A stretch of 64,000 nucleotides of DNA from Octopus sinensis (taxonomy: Eukaryota). Below, in pieces: positions 1 to 13,024 of this stretch. The DNA is taken from contig NC_043005.1 of the NCBI RefSeq assembly GCF_006345805.1, positions 10,168,001 to 10,232,000 on the forward strand. The letters run 5' to 3'. The notes under the pieces are model-generated. The model did not search any database. It was given only the letters and a program-made list of their open reading frames with translations, and was not told the DNA's origin. A program made the translations under genes and the position numbers. Position 1 is the first letter of the stretch. Every line of letters starts with the position of its first letter.

Positions 1-54
1 CGACCTGCACAAATGATTTTTTTATATAGTAATCAAATATGCGTGCTGCGCATT

Positions 55-215
55 AGTTCACACCCAATTTTAAATCGACGTTGCTTGAGTAAGTGCTCGG
101 CGCGCCACGAGTCAGGTGTCGACGTGATCGCAGAGCAGCGTGAGATGAAGTGTTTTGCTTAAGAACTCAACGCACTACTCAGTCTAGGACTTGAAACCAC
201 GATCTCCCTAACGAC
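55..215 (-). mobile_element. Degenerate tRNA-derived SINE (SINE-C-type head)
   Basis: Reverse complement resembles the head and core of the 493-836 and 11031-11348 SINEs (cagcgtgagatgaagtgttttgcttaagaactcaacgc ... gacttgaaaccacgatc). Confidence 0.45.
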
Positions 216-233
216 TACGCCATGTGTCCTTAA

Positions 234-470
<237 letters not shown>

Positions 471-492
471 TATGTATATATGTATACAGTGT

Positions 493-836
493 GAAGGCGC
501 GTGGCTCAGTGGTTAGAGCGTCGAGCTTACGATCGTGAGGTTGTGAGCTCGAATCCTGGACCGGGCTGCGTGTTGTGTTCTTGAGCAAGACACTTTATTT
601 CACGTTGCTCCAGTTCACTCAGCTGTAGAAAGGAGTTGCGACGTCACAGGTGCCAAGCTGTATCGGCCCTTGCCTTTCCCTTGGATAACACTGGTGGCAT
701 GAAGAGGGGAGGCTGGTATGCATGGGCGACTGCTGGTCTTCCATAAAAACAACCTTGCCCAGACTTGTGCCTCAGAGGGTAACTCTCTAGGTGCAAACCC
801 ATGGTCAGTGTCTGACCGAAGGGGGTCACCATCACC
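493..836 (+). mobile_element. tRNA-derived SINE, family C' (head C + core + tail X)
   Basis: A-box gtggctcagtggttagagc, B-box gagctcgaatcc, core gtgttcttgagcaagacactttatttcacgttgctccagttcactcagctg; 10-bp TSD tatacagtgt at 483-492 and 837-846. Confidence 0.9.
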
Positions 837-865
837 TATACAGTGTACATATACATATATGTATA

Positions 866-965
866 CAGTGTACATTTAAACACATAAGGGGTATCTACCA
901 TAGGATTCCTTTCACGCTAAGGAATCCTATGATGGATACCTCTTATGTGTTTAAATGTACACAGT
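866..965. repeat. Foldback palindrome, about 45-bp arms with 7-nt loop (MITE-like)
   Basis: gtgtacatttaaacacataaggggtatctaccataggattcctt / aaggaatcctatgatggatacctcttatgtgtttaaatgtacac are near-perfect reverse complements. Confidence 0.9.
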
Positions 966-1074
966 ACTTATATGAATAATATATAGTCTATTGACTAAAT
1001 TTTCTACACCCTAGGCCACAGGTAGTAAACATTTCTAAAATCATTATTACCCTGATATTATTAATTATATATGT

Positions 1075-1122
<48 letters not shown>

Positions 1123-1844
1123 ACGTATATGTTTGTATATATAGGGAAAGTTTACGAAAAAAAACAAAAGACAGGTGGTGTACAAAACAAACAGATGTAT
1201 TAGTATAGCGCTCAGGAATAGAAAAAGTCTTTTATATTTCGAGCCTACGCTCTTCTACAGAAAGGGACACAGAAAAAACAAGGAGAGAAACAAGGAGAGA
1301 GAAAAAATGTGTGTAGTGGCTAACGATCTATCATGGCGTGTGTATGTGTGTGTCTCTGTGCGTATTTGTTTGTTTACACGTATGCATATGTGTACGTATA
1401 CACACACACATACACACATGCGCACGCGCACACCCACTCACTCACTGAAAAATTCAATTCTGAAAACAATATACTCTAAAGAAAAAGGAGATAAACCATA
1501 AAATACTGACATTAAAAAACACAGCACTTGTGTTTTAGGTGTCCTTATAGAGTGCACAATGATGTAAATATTGTGACAATGTCCTCCATCTTGAGATACA
1601 TTCCACCCTGCCACATCTAATCTCAAAGATTCTGAAAAATGTCAGGCATGCTGTTTTTCTTTCTGTAAGTCATGTGAAAGGCGAAAACGAAAAATAAACA
1701 CTGAACAGAGAAAAATATTTGAATACCACGACTTCGCTCAAACCCTGTAATAAAAAAAAGACTTCAAAAATGGCGGCATCATAAAGTCTCACACACAGAC
1801 ATTTCGAAATAAAAAAAACTGAACCAACTTATGACCCCAGTACT

Positions 1845-1862
1845 TATCTATCTATATATCTG

Positions 1863-1938
<76 letters not shown>
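1845..1938. repeat. (CTAT)n microsatellite
   Basis: Direct reading. Confidence 0.97.
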
Positions 1939-1939
<1 letters not shown>

Positions 1940-1964
1940 TCTCTTTAATATATATATATATTTC

Positions 1965-2293
1965 TTTTATTATTTTACTAGTTTCAATCATTTGACTGCA
2001 GCCATCGACCCTAGGAGTTTTTCTTTGTAAGCCTGGTACTTATTCTATCGGTGTCATTTGCCGAACCGCTAAGTTACAGAGAAGCAGACAACAAACATAG
2101 ACACAAAGAGACACACGCATATATATATACCTATATATATATATATACACGACGGGCTTCTTTTCAGTTTCCTTCTACCAAATCCACTCACAAGGATTTG
2201 GTCGGCCCGAGACAATAGTAGAAGACACTTGCCTAAGATGCAACACAGTAGGACTGAACCCGAGACCATGTGGTTGGGAAGCAAGCTTGTTAC
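1965..2293 (-). mobile_element. SINE-A, degenerate copy with internal deletions
   Basis: Similar to the 4096-4517 copy (catttgactgcagccat; ctaccaaatccactcacaagg; gaagacacttgcc; accatgtggttgg). Confidence 0.8.
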
Positions 2294-2951
2294 CTCAAAC
2301 TCTGTTTATATATGCGTGAGAGTGTGAGTGATTGTGTATGCGTGCGTGTGTGTGTGTTTGTTTGTGTGTAATGAATACAGTATAAAGATACGTGACACCA
2401 ATAGTATTCTGATGTGACGGCATGTTTCAAGGAGGCACGTTTTTTTATAACACGCCTTCTGTCTCCAAGTAATCTTCTGGCTCTGAGCACATAGGCTATT
2501 CTCTTTGAAAATTTGAACACTAGTATATGAGAAATCACGAGAGAAAAAAACACGGGAAAGTTGTTGCAAAACGTGGAACGGTGAATAAAACCTTAAAAAG
2601 AAGAGAAAAAAAGTAACTGGAACTTAAGTTCTGTTTGACTTTTAAAAGCCATAATTAAACTAGTTATTTTAGAATAATTTAACGATGAGGGGTCCAAAGA
2701 CTGCAAGAAGCTACTCAGTTCGAAAAGGATGGAGTCTTCCAGTTCGTCAAGGGAAATTTGTCCATATCCTTACATCTGCTGAAAATTTCGGATCTGCTGT
2801 CAGAAGGCTTGTTATAAAAACTTGTCTAGACACGTGTCTACACAACTGAAAACTATTAGTAACTCGTGTCATTATACAGTGTTCATTAAATGAAATTTAT
2901 TTCTCACTAGAGGCAGTAGCTTTTTTATTGATCTTATTTTAACGGAACAGT

Positions 2952-2993
<42 letters not shown>

Positions 2994-3581
2994 TCTCTCT
3001 TTGTATGTATATGTGTATGTGTGTTTGTATGCATATATGTATATATATATGAATATATAGAACAAGTAGAAAGATAAATTTTATTCAACGCGTGGATACT
3101 GAATTATTTCTAAGCAGAAAAATTTCTCGGCAGCCACTCATATATATATTTGCATGTATGTATACATATACATATGTATATGCATGTGTGTGTGTGTGTG
3201 TGTGTATTCGTCTATGTGTGTGTGAAATTATTAAAAAATCGCCATTCTCTGCGTGTAAAAATCCTAGTGCCTACAATCTGAACCTGCTACAATATTACAC
3301 TAATGTCCTAGATCAGTCTTTCCTGTAAGGGTGAGTGACATTGACAGAATTGAAAAGTTGATCAACAAATTACCAATTTTGATAGAATTAAGATGGCTTT
3401 AGAGCCTTTAAATTTGTCTAACACAATGGCGAAGAAAAGGAGTTAGATGGAGGCAAAATATATTTTGTTTTCTAAAAGATAACACGTGGAGGAGCAAAGA
3501 AATATTCACTTATATTTTATGGTTGGGCTTCTGTTTGTTAGTTTGAGAGCCAATGTCCTGGATCACATTTCTTACATTAAG

Positions 3582-3963
3582 GGAAGCACTCCGTCGGTTA
3601 CGACGACGAGGGTTCCGCTTGATCCGAATCAACGGAACAGCCTGCTCGTGAAATTAACGTGTAAGTGGCTGAGCACTCCACAGACACGTGTACCCTTAAC
3701 GTAGTTCTCGGGGATATTCAGCCTGACACAGAGAGTGACAAGGCCGGCCCTTTGAAATACAGGTACAACAGAAACAGGAATTAAGAGTGAGAGAAAGTTG
3801 TGGTGAAAGAGTACAGCAGGGATCACCACCATCCCCTGCCGGAGCCTCGTGGAGCTTTAGGTGCTTTCGCTCAATAAACACTCACAACGCCCGGTCTGGG
3901 AATCGAAACCGCGATCCTATGACCGCGAGTCCACTGCCCTAACCACTGGGCCATTGCGCCTCC
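3582..3963 (-). mobile_element. tRNA-derived SINE-B, full length
   Basis: Minus strand starts ggaggcgcaatggcccagtggttaggg with B-box ggtttcgattcc; nearly identical to 9957-10338 and 23369-23743; probable TSD cttacattaag/cttacatgaag. Confidence 0.92.
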
Positions 3964-4095
3964 TCTTACATGAAGAACCTTCATTAACAGAAACAATGTT
4001 TACAGGGTAAATATTCTTCATATTTCGCACTAGCATCTTCAAACAGGAAACAACAATTTACAGAGTATAGTCCTACATACGCTAAAAGCATGAGA

Positions 4096-4517
4096 TACTC
4101 TTTACTCTTTTACTCTTTTACTTGTTTCAGTCATTTGACTGCGGCCATGCTGGAGCACCGCCTTTAGTCGAGCAAATCGACCCCGGGACTTATTCTTTGT
4201 AAGCCCAGTACTTATTCTATCGGTCTTTTTTGCCGAACCGCTAAGTGACGGGGACGTAAACACGCCAGCATCGGTTGTCAAGCAATGCTAGGGGGGACAA
4301 ACACACACACACACAAACACACACATACGCACATACATATATATATATAAATACGTATATACGACAGGCTTCTTTCAGTTTCCGTCTACCAAATCCACTC
4401 ACAAGGCTTTGGTCGGCTCGAGGCTATAGCAGAAGACACTTGCCCAAGGTGCCACGCAGTGGGACTGAACCCGGAACCATGTGGTTGGTAGACAGGCTAC
4501 TTACCACACAGCCACTC
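4096..4517 (-). mobile_element. tRNA-derived SINE-A, near full length
   Basis: Head gagtggctgtgtggtaag...gggttcagtccc, CORE-like caccttgggcaagtgtctt, internal (TA)/(TG) tract, tail ggcggtgctccagcatggccgcagtcaaatgactgaaac(aagtaaaagag)n. Confidence 0.93.
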
Positions 4518-5342
4518 AGGTCTGCTCGATCATGGATGATCTGGGTTAAATAGCGAGGAAAATCGCAGCCAAATATTTATAAGTCTTATCCAGATATCGG
4601 TTCAGATATTGGTTTCTCCTGCCCAAATCTACTAACCACAACCATAAGACAAACAAACCTCTTACTTTCCTCCGACTGCTTGAACACTCCTAACACAAAA
4701 GATTGTCACATTAATGACTAAAATGAGCCAGTCAAAACCCCGGTGGAACAATTTTCAGTATGGAACTAGATTGGGGTTCGTAAAATTCAGCAATAGCGCA
4801 ATCAGCTTAAGCATAGATGCTCTCGTACATATACATTCAGCAATATAATTGAAAGAACTTCCATAAAATGCATCCTAAAAGGAAGCATAATATGTAACAT
4901 TAAATACGCAGGGGATTAGCAAGCCTAATAAAAACAAGGAAGAACCTTAAAACAATGCAGGACTATCACACACAGCAGAAATAAAACTCACATGAAACAA
5001 CTTGTTTCGCATGAAACAAGGATATAATAAAGAAAAAACTCGAAATAAAAGTATCGAAATGAACCTTTGCATCCAACATGAACTGCAAACAGTAGAGCCC
5101 AATACAAAATAATTAGTAGCATCAACAGTTCGAAAATATCACCTCACAATAACTGTTTGCTGCAAAGCAACCACACGATAGTAGCAAAAATCTCGCTTCT
5201 CAAATACTGTTCCTAAATTTGCCGCACAATAAAAAAGAACGTGCGCACTCAAGCGCGCACGCACAAGACAAAAGCGATAAAACAAAGCTGAAAATACTCA
5301 CATTCCATCGAGATCGGTGATATTCAAACTGCAGCAACCCAC

Positions 5343-5814
5343 AAGGCGGCGAGCTGGTAGAACCGTTAGCTCGCTGGGCGAAATGCGTAGCCGTATTTCG
5401 TTTGCCGTTACGTTCTGAGTTCAAATTCCGCCGAGGTCGACTCTCCCTTTCATCCTTTCGGGGTCGATAAATTAAGTACCTATTTCTTTATTACCCACAA
5501 GGGGCTAAACACAGAGGGGACAAACAAGGACAGACATAGGTATTAAGTCGATTACATCGACCCCAGTGCGTAACTGGTACTTAAATTATCGACCCCGAAA
5601 GGATGAAAGGCAAAGTCGACCTCGGCGGAATTTGAACTCACAACGTAACGCAGACGAGATACCGCTAAGCATTTCGCCCGGCGTGCTAACGTTTCTGCCA
5701 ACTCGCCGCCTTAAGTACCAGTTACGCACTGGGGTCGATGCAATCGACTTAATATGTTTGTCTGTCCTTGTTTGTCCCCTCTATGTGTAGCCCCTTGTGG
5801 GTAATAAAGAAACA
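5343..5814. mobile_element. Nested SINE-D: a plus-strand copy interrupted by an inverted full copy (5481-5710)
   Basis: Inner TSD ttaagtacc at 5472-5480 and 5711-5719; outer 22-bp direct repeat gatattcaaactgYagcaaccc at 5319-5340 and 5815-5836. Confidence 0.88.
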
Positions 5815-5894
5815 GATATTCAAACTGTAGCAACCCCCACCAAAAATATTAGTGAAAATTTTTACCATATACATGCACACATGGAGTTTCATAC

Positions 5895-6050
5895 GTCTTT
5901 ACGTTCTGAGTTCAAATCCCGGCGAGGTCGACTTTACATTTCATTCTTTTAGGGTCGATAAAATAAGCACTATTTGTACATTGAGATCGATGTAATCGAT
6001 TTACCACCGAAATTTCTGGCTTTGTGCCAAAGTAGGAAACTAGTATTTAT
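5895..6050 (+). mobile_element. SINE-D2 fragment (older D-related family)
   Basis: ttacgttctgagttcaaatcccggcgaggtcgac...gtcgataaaataag...gaaatttctggctttgtgccaaag. Confidence 0.75.
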
Positions 6051-7549
6051 GCCAACCCTTTGCTAATTTCCTTTACATCCTTTCGGGGTGAATAATAAAT
6101 TATTAATACTTCAGATGAATCTGTTTGTGCGTCAGTCCTGGTGCTTTGCAGTACATGTTCGGATGACAAATGTGTTCAGGTGACAAATTCAAGCGGCCCT
6201 TTCATTTTCTTTAGAAAATCAGTGGCAAAAAAAAGAAAGAATTGCATTGTTGAGCAATTAAAAAATATATTGCTCAAAGCTGCACCTTAGAGAGGTACTT
6301 TCCATGTGCAGAACCTTAGTTATTTGTAACAGACGGTAGACTTAGATCCTCTAACATACTGAAGCACCGTCAAGGATGTCTTTACATTCGAATCTGTGAT
6401 GTTAACCCAGTTATCGGGATCAACAAAATCGGTACCAGTCAAATTTGCTGTGCCCCTCAATAAACGTGTGATGTTGTGGATAAATCAAAATATATTATTA
6501 ATTAAAGACCCATATACAAAACATCCCCTGGCATCGGGTTACAATGCTTTTATGTTCTGAAGTGAAATTTCACTCACATTCACTTCGTTTTTCGTCCCTT
6601 CCAGCATCAATGAAAATAGAAGGTATCGATTCGATCGATTGATGCTCTTCCTCGAAATTTCGTGTCCTTGTGCTGATGTTGGAAATTCTGATTCATTATT
6701 ATTTGCTGCAAGACACAAAAACTTCTATGCGGTCACTTGATTCACTAGAAATAAGAATGAAATTCTCTCAAATTACTTCCTCCTATCATAAAAAAAAAAG
6801 AAACAATGTTCAGTGTAGTCCGTGATAATCAGGACTGACATGGAACTAAACATCATCAATAAACATATTTCATGAGACATGGAAGAGCTTCTAGGTGGTC
6901 ACCCAATCTGCTAAGAATAGCGATAAAATTAATCTTCAACTCTCACATTCTAATGTAAAACAAAAGGACGTATTGGAAAATGTAACCCATGCGATACAAC
7001 ATCTGAAAATAAAATGTGATGGGCAAAATGGGAGAGCCGTTGATCATTTATCAAGGATAATATGAAGCTAAACAATAACATTTCAGGAGAAATGGTAAAG
7101 CTTTGTGATAAGATGAAGATGTGGCTACTATTTTTTGCAGGTCGAATAAACACGTAGGAAAATCTCAAGTTGGTTGAGTGTTCGTCTGTTTTATGTTTCG
7201 TGTTCCAGAGGTCAAAATATTAAACACTATTCTGATAATGCTCTCGATTTAATCAAAATGTCTAACTTCCAACCAGCGATTTGTCCTCCTACTTGTCCGT
7301 TAGATCTGCAAGAAATAGCAACCATGTTACCCAAACTATTACCCCTTGCTAAAAGAAAGAACATATTGGATAATGTTGTTCTTGTTTAGACTATGTTTAA
7401 TAAGAGAGAGAGGGGGGAGAGGGGGGGAGAGAGAGGGAATTGTTACCAGTTATTACTGCAACGTCCTTGGATCACAGCTAACGTGGTTAAACAAAGGCAA
7501 CAACAATTTGTGACATTACGGCAAAGTTAGAAATAATTATTACCATAAA

Positions 7550-7651
7550 TCATCATCATCATCATTATCATCATCATCGTCCTCATCATCATCATCATCA
7601 TCATCATCATCAACATCATTATCATCATCATCATCATCATCATCATCATCG

Positions 7652-7688
<37 letters not shown>

Positions 7689-7742
7689 TATCATTATCAT
7701 CATCCTCAACATCATCATCATCATCAATATCGTTATCGTCAT
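7550..7742. repeat. (ATC)n microsatellite
   Basis: Direct reading; source of the poly-M ORF 7527-7742. Confidence 0.97.
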
Positions 7743-7974
7743 AAAGTTTGGCTTGTTAATGATTGCTGCTGGAAAGAGAATAAAAAAAAATTATTGAAAT
7801 AAATAAGATGTTAATTAATTTAAATTAAAAAGACATGGCAAAATAGAAGACTAGATTTTGGACAAGACATCAATTGAATGTATTGAGCAGGTGTTGATTG
7901 TCAAGAACTATTTAAACTGAGTGCCTTAAAATTGGGCGAAATTAAATTGAATAAAACGATGATAAAAATAATAA

Positions 7975-8190
7975 TCCTTTCTACTATAGGCACAAGGTCT
8001 GAAAGTTTTAGGGAGTGGGGCTAGTCGATTACATAGACCCCCCACTGCTAAACTGGTACATATTTTATTGACTTCGAAAGGAGAAAGCAAAGTCGACCTC
8101 AGCGGAATTTGCTCGGAACAAAAAATACGGGGAAAATGCCAGTGAGCATGAGAGTCGTTGTAAACGTAAGTAACGTAAAAGGGAAAAAGA
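7975..8190 (-). mobile_element. SINE-D2, degenerate
   Basis: ggcacaaggtctgaaag...gtcgattacatagacc...aaagtcgacctcagcggaatttg. Confidence 0.7.
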
Positions 8191-8314
8191 ACTCAACTAA
8201 ATTCTGAAAACATTTTATACGGCGTTCTGTCAATTGTACCCTATCAAGCTCACACATTTATACATCTATGATTTTATATAAAAATTTAGCAGTTTGAAAA
8301 TAAATATTTAAATA

Positions 8315-8711
8315 CTAGCAGTATCGCCCGGCGTTGCTCGGGTTTGTAAGGGAAATAACTATATAAGCATTTCTAGAGATGTAAAGTATAATAGCCATCT
8401 CAAAATGGCTAACCACAAAGGGGGGTGGTGTTACTGTAGCTTTTTACGTTCTGGGATTTAATAATAAATTTTTAGAGCGTTACATCCCTTATATATGCCA
8501 AAAATGCATTAAAAATGAGAAAAATTGATGGTAATTTTTTTTTAAATCGTAGACTCATCGTAGACGCGCGCTAATACCCAGAAGGGCTCGATATGAATCA
8601 CGACTATAAGATACCCGGTTTTGGTTAAACTACATCGCAAAATGTGGGAGTAGTTAGGAATCTAAATCGTAGGAGACAGACAGCACACAACCTCACTTTT
8701 ATATATAAATA
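8315..8711 (-). mobile_element. Non-autonomous Helitron, family H1
   Basis: Minus strand ends with hairpin cccgagcaacgccggg followed by cgatactgCTAG|t; 5' end t(a)tttatatataaaag; colinear with 57998-58387. Confidence 0.85.
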
Positions 8712-9221
8712 TATATTGCTGTAAGACAAAGCACCACATGAGGACGGTCAGGTTACCGCAAGACGCCGACTACTCCCGGCTCCAGATTCTGGCCATCCTC
8801 CAATTGCAACATTTTGGTAGAATTCAGTACTGGCCCTTTCAAACAAGCTTCATCACACGCATGTATCCTTCAGCAAATTTGTTTGAGGGCATTACCTACA
8901 TCTTCACTCTTACAATATTATGCTAAACCTTATGCTGAACTTCTTCACTTTATGCTAAACTAAAACATTCTGATGAGGTCTTCTTTGGAGAGATAAAGTC
9001 GTGACTAGAATATTTCCAATCGTGCTCACAACAGAACTACAGGAATCGAAAGAGCATTGGACAAAATATTCGGTGGTGATTATCCTTTTAATTTCTGAAT
9101 GCCAACCCCAGCATCGCTCATCAATTAGGTTTTATCTTCCTAGTTTTCCTGGGGTCAGTAATCACTGACACTTATGAAATACTGGGTTCAACTGACGAAT
9201 GAGGTATCTGTACCTGCTTGG

Positions 9222-9458
9222 AAGGCAGCGAGCTGGCAGAAACGTTAGCACGCCGGGCGAAATGCTTAGCGGTATTTCGCCTGCCGCTACGTTCTGAGTT
9301 CAAATTCCGCCGAGGTTGACTTTGCCTTTCATCCTTTCGGGGTCGATTAAGTAAGTACCACTTACGCACTGGGGTCGATATAATCGACTTAATCCGTTTG
9401 TCTGTCCTTGTTTGTCCTCTCTGTGTTTAGCCCCTTGTGGATAGTAAAGAAATAGGTA
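9222..9458 (+). mobile_element. SINE-D, full length
   Basis: aaggcagcgagctggcagaaacgttagc...B-box gagttcaaattcc...gccccttgtggatagtaaagaaataggta. Confidence 0.88.
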
Positions 9459-9956
9459 TATCTATCAGTTTGGTTGATCATCTAGAAATAGAAGCCAAAT
9501 TACCTTAGAATAAGCTCTATCATTGTAAGAGAAAAAACTAATAAAGGTGGGATAAGTCTGAAATAAAACCAAAAGATGGAATGGCTATGGCAAGGATGAC
9601 GTCTGTTACTCTAATTTTACTTGGGTGTTGATTTGGAGTTAAATGATAACTAGTATAATTGATTAAATCCTCGATAGTCCTATTCAGCTAAACATGTGCT
9701 CTTGTGATAATTATACCACCAACTCGTTAATTAATCATTTATTGATACACTAATGTCACGGAAGCGTTAAAGACACAAATCCTGAAACTTGAGAGAAGAT
9801 TATACTCGATTATGATCGCCCCCCCCCCCACTATCATCAGTTCCTGACTGGTTATGTTATCGACCTCAGAAGAATAAAATACAAAGCTGACTATAGCAGG
9901 ATTCGAAATCAGAACATAAAGAAGAGTAAATGAATATGACGTGAGACATTATGTAT

Positions 9957-10338
9957 GGAAGCACTCCGTCGGTTACGACGACGAGGGTTCCGGTTGATCC
10001 GAATCAACGGAACAGTCTGCTCGTGAAATTAGCGTGTAAGTGGCTGAGCACTCCACAGACACATGTACCCTTAACGTAGTTCTCGGGGATATTCAGCCTG
10101 ACACAGAGAGTGACAAGGCCGGCCCTTTGAAATACAGGTACAACAGAAACAGGAAGTAAGAGTGAGAGTAAGTTGTGGTGAAAGAGTACAGCAGGGATCA
10201 CCACCATCCCCTGCCGGAGCCTCGTGGAGCTTTAGGTGTTTTCGCTCAATAAACACTCACAACGCCCGGTCTGGGAATCGAAACCGCGATCCTATGACCG
10301 CGAGTCCGCTGCCCTAACCACAGGGCCATTGCGCCTCC
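9957..10338 (-). mobile_element. SINE-B, full length
   Basis: Near-identical to 3582-3963; 12-bp TSD gtgagacattat at 9941-9952 and 10343-10354. Confidence 0.93.
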
Positions 10339-11030
10339 TCTTGTGAGACATTATATCTGACGTTCTACTAATACTCTCATTCCACCTCGCTGGCGTTTTA
10401 GAGATTCTGCTAATCAAGTAAGATACCAAAAATATTTCCAAATTTTCAATGAATGTGAATAAAATCTACAACAGAAAAACTTGTCTACACAACACTTCTA
10501 CAGCTTCTTCAAATCACTGAGAATGGTATTTCTAATACTAGAGTTAAAATACTAAAAATTTGGTAAATTATTGTTCTTACTGTTGTTCACGATGGCTGTT
10601 TTTAAAGGTTTTCTAATTCAACATAAAAGTGCGTACGTGTAAACCGAAAGAAAACTTAAGAAATGAAACCAGGTCATGAGAGAAAATTTTTGTCATAAAT
10701 CAAGCAAACACGTGCACACACACACACACAGATTATATCTTATATCTAAGCTTAAGCACACATATTCATTTTTATACATATACTCACTCGCACGTGTACC
10801 TATGTGTGTATCTGTGTTTATGCGTGTGCGCGTTTGTGAGTTTCTGCTGATGTATGTACTAAATAAATAAACAGTTTATATGGTGAAGGGTAAAAATTGT
10901 GTGAAAATATATTTCAAAAGATAAGCTGTCCCTTAAAGTAAAGATCGGGTCAGAGACTTAACACTTCTGCGCAAAAAATATAGAATTGATAATAATAATT
11001 ATCGTTATTATCATTTCTTTTATTCTTAAA

Positions 11031-11348
11031 GACTCCGCCGGTTACGACGACGAGGGTCCCAGCTGATACGATCAACGGAACAGCTTGCTCGTGAAATTAA
11101 CGTGAAAATGGCTGAGCATTCCACAGACACGTGTACCCTTAACATAGTTCTCGGGGATAATCAGCGTGACACAGAGTGACAAGGCTGACCCTTTGAAATA
11201 CAAGTACAACTCATTTTTGCCAGCTGAGTGGACTGGAGCAACGTGAAATAAAGTGTCTTGCTGAAGGACACAACGCGTCGCCGGGAATCGAACTCACAAC
11301 CTTACGATCATGAGCCGAATGCCCTAACCACTAAGCCACGCGCCCTCA
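11031..11348 (-). mobile_element. SINE-C (head/core of the 493 element + 3' half of SINE-B)
   Basis: Head gtgagggcgcgtggcttagtggttaggg...gagttcgattcc, core agcaagacactttatttcacgttgctccagtccactcagctgg, then the SINE-B 3' module ending ccctcgtcgtcgtaaccggcggagtc. Confidence 0.88.
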
Positions 11349-11893
11349 CTTTCTTTTATTAACCACAAGGAAATAGATGTGGGGAGACATCACAAGGACA
11401 GTCTACAGTTTTTGTGGGTTGGGTTTTGCATAAGATGTAGGAAGGAAAATGATAAGACGGCGAAAGGAGATAAAAGTATTAAGTATTATGCAAATGTTGT
11501 GATTACATGAATGTGCAGTCGTCTTGATATAGGAAAAACGTTGACTGGAAACAGCCAAGGAACACCGCAGATCCAGGATTCTGTAAAGCCTTGAATTATA
11601 ATGTACAAAGAACGAAGCGATCCGTATCAGTAAAATCATCTTTATTAATCTAACGAGAAGACATTTATTCGACATTTGTGAGGGAAATGACAACAAAAGG
11701 TCGAATGCAAAATACCTGGGCGGAGGAAGAGGTAAAACAAATAGAAAACTCTTGCTGAATCTCCGAAAGATTTACTAAAAGAAAAGCAATCCTTCAAGAA
11801 AATGTCTTAAAGGTAGAAAAGTAGAAAACTGCTGCATCACATCTTTCCGAAGTTATTAGTTGAAAACTTTTACAGGTCACCGCGAAAGCATAA

Positions 11894-12303
11894 TCTCTCT
11901 ATATATAAACGGCAGTTCGTCTGTCTGTGTGTCTGTGTGGCTGTCAGGTTGTACCCTTACCCTGACCACGGCTTTCAACCGATTCTGATGAAACTTGACA
12001 CCAAACATAGCCCAATGTCATAATTCAAAACTAACGCAGCGAAAATTTTGAAAAGCTCCCCCAGTTCTGAAAATAATCGATAAATTCGACATGGGGTCGA
12101 GAATCTAAGCTTTTTATATGCAACACATTTTCTGTCGAGAGAAAGCTAGGAACATCGTATACATAGAAGTATTCGAGTGAAGAGAAGACATTGCAACCTA
12201 CACATGCGCCTTCGTTCCCTAGAGGGAAAGAACTAGATTGGGATTAGTCGTTGCCTACTAGGGGGCTCTTACATACCCGGGCAACGCCGGGCTATGCTGC
12301 TAG
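11894..12303 (+). mobile_element. Non-autonomous Helitron, family H2
   Basis: a|TCtctctatatataaac ... cccgggcaacgccggg ctatgctgCTAG|t; A/T target site with no TSD. Confidence 0.85.
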
Positions 12304-13024
12304 TCTTATGATAAATGAGTGGACAATACCCCAGTGGATAATAAAAAGAAGAATTTGAGTGATGCTAAAAGACAAATTGGAAGGAGCGTTGCCTCATATT
12401 ATCAACGAATTACTTGTCTTACATATTTGAGAAAATTCTTTATAGAAATAATTGCAGAAGACTTATACCAAATTTCAACGAGAAACAATTAATGTCTGAT
12501 GAATAAAAAATGTCAAAAAAACAAGACAACGAAAGACCAATTAATAAACGAAAGACTAATTAATGAACAAAAAAATGATCATGAATAATCGTAGAAAGAG
12601 AATGCTCTCACTTAGCGAATATAGTGAGTGTGCGCGTAGTTTTCCTTTGACACAGTAAAAACACAACTATCTTCAAGTTTGATCTTTTAATAAAATATTT
12701 CTCCTACTTCTTTCTTCGTTCATTATATTTTGTTTGGAGCAATGATCTATTAACGTTTCGATTCTTTTGTAATCCTCTTTTGAAAATGAAGCGATGATAT
12801 TAATGTCAAGTTGTTCGTGCATTCTACAATGAATATAAAGAAGTATACAACGATTATTCGTGGAAATGTTATAAACACGTATACACACACACATGTACAT
12901 ATACATATACTTACATACATATTTCTTTCTCTCTCTCGTTCAACCTCTCTCTTTCTCTGTCTTTCTGTCTCTGTCTCTCTGTCCCTTTCTCTCTTTCTCG
13001 AGATGTGTGTGTGTGTATGTATGT

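Noticed and set aside
493-570. tRNA-like heads as true tRNA genes
   Set aside because: They continue into SINE bodies with TSDs, and acceptor stems are not complete.
3629-3881. Recurrent ORFs MVVIPAVLFHH... and MFIERKHLKL... (also at 10.0 and 23.5 kb), plus MSSNARG... and MRNWYL... ORFs
   Set aside because: Incidental frames inside SINE-B, SINE-A and SINE-D copies; short, and interrupted in other copies.
8970-8976. Isolated CTGATGA heptamers (also 11985, 49206, 52089)
   Set aside because: No stem II followed by GAAA and no NUH/stem I; expected by chance.
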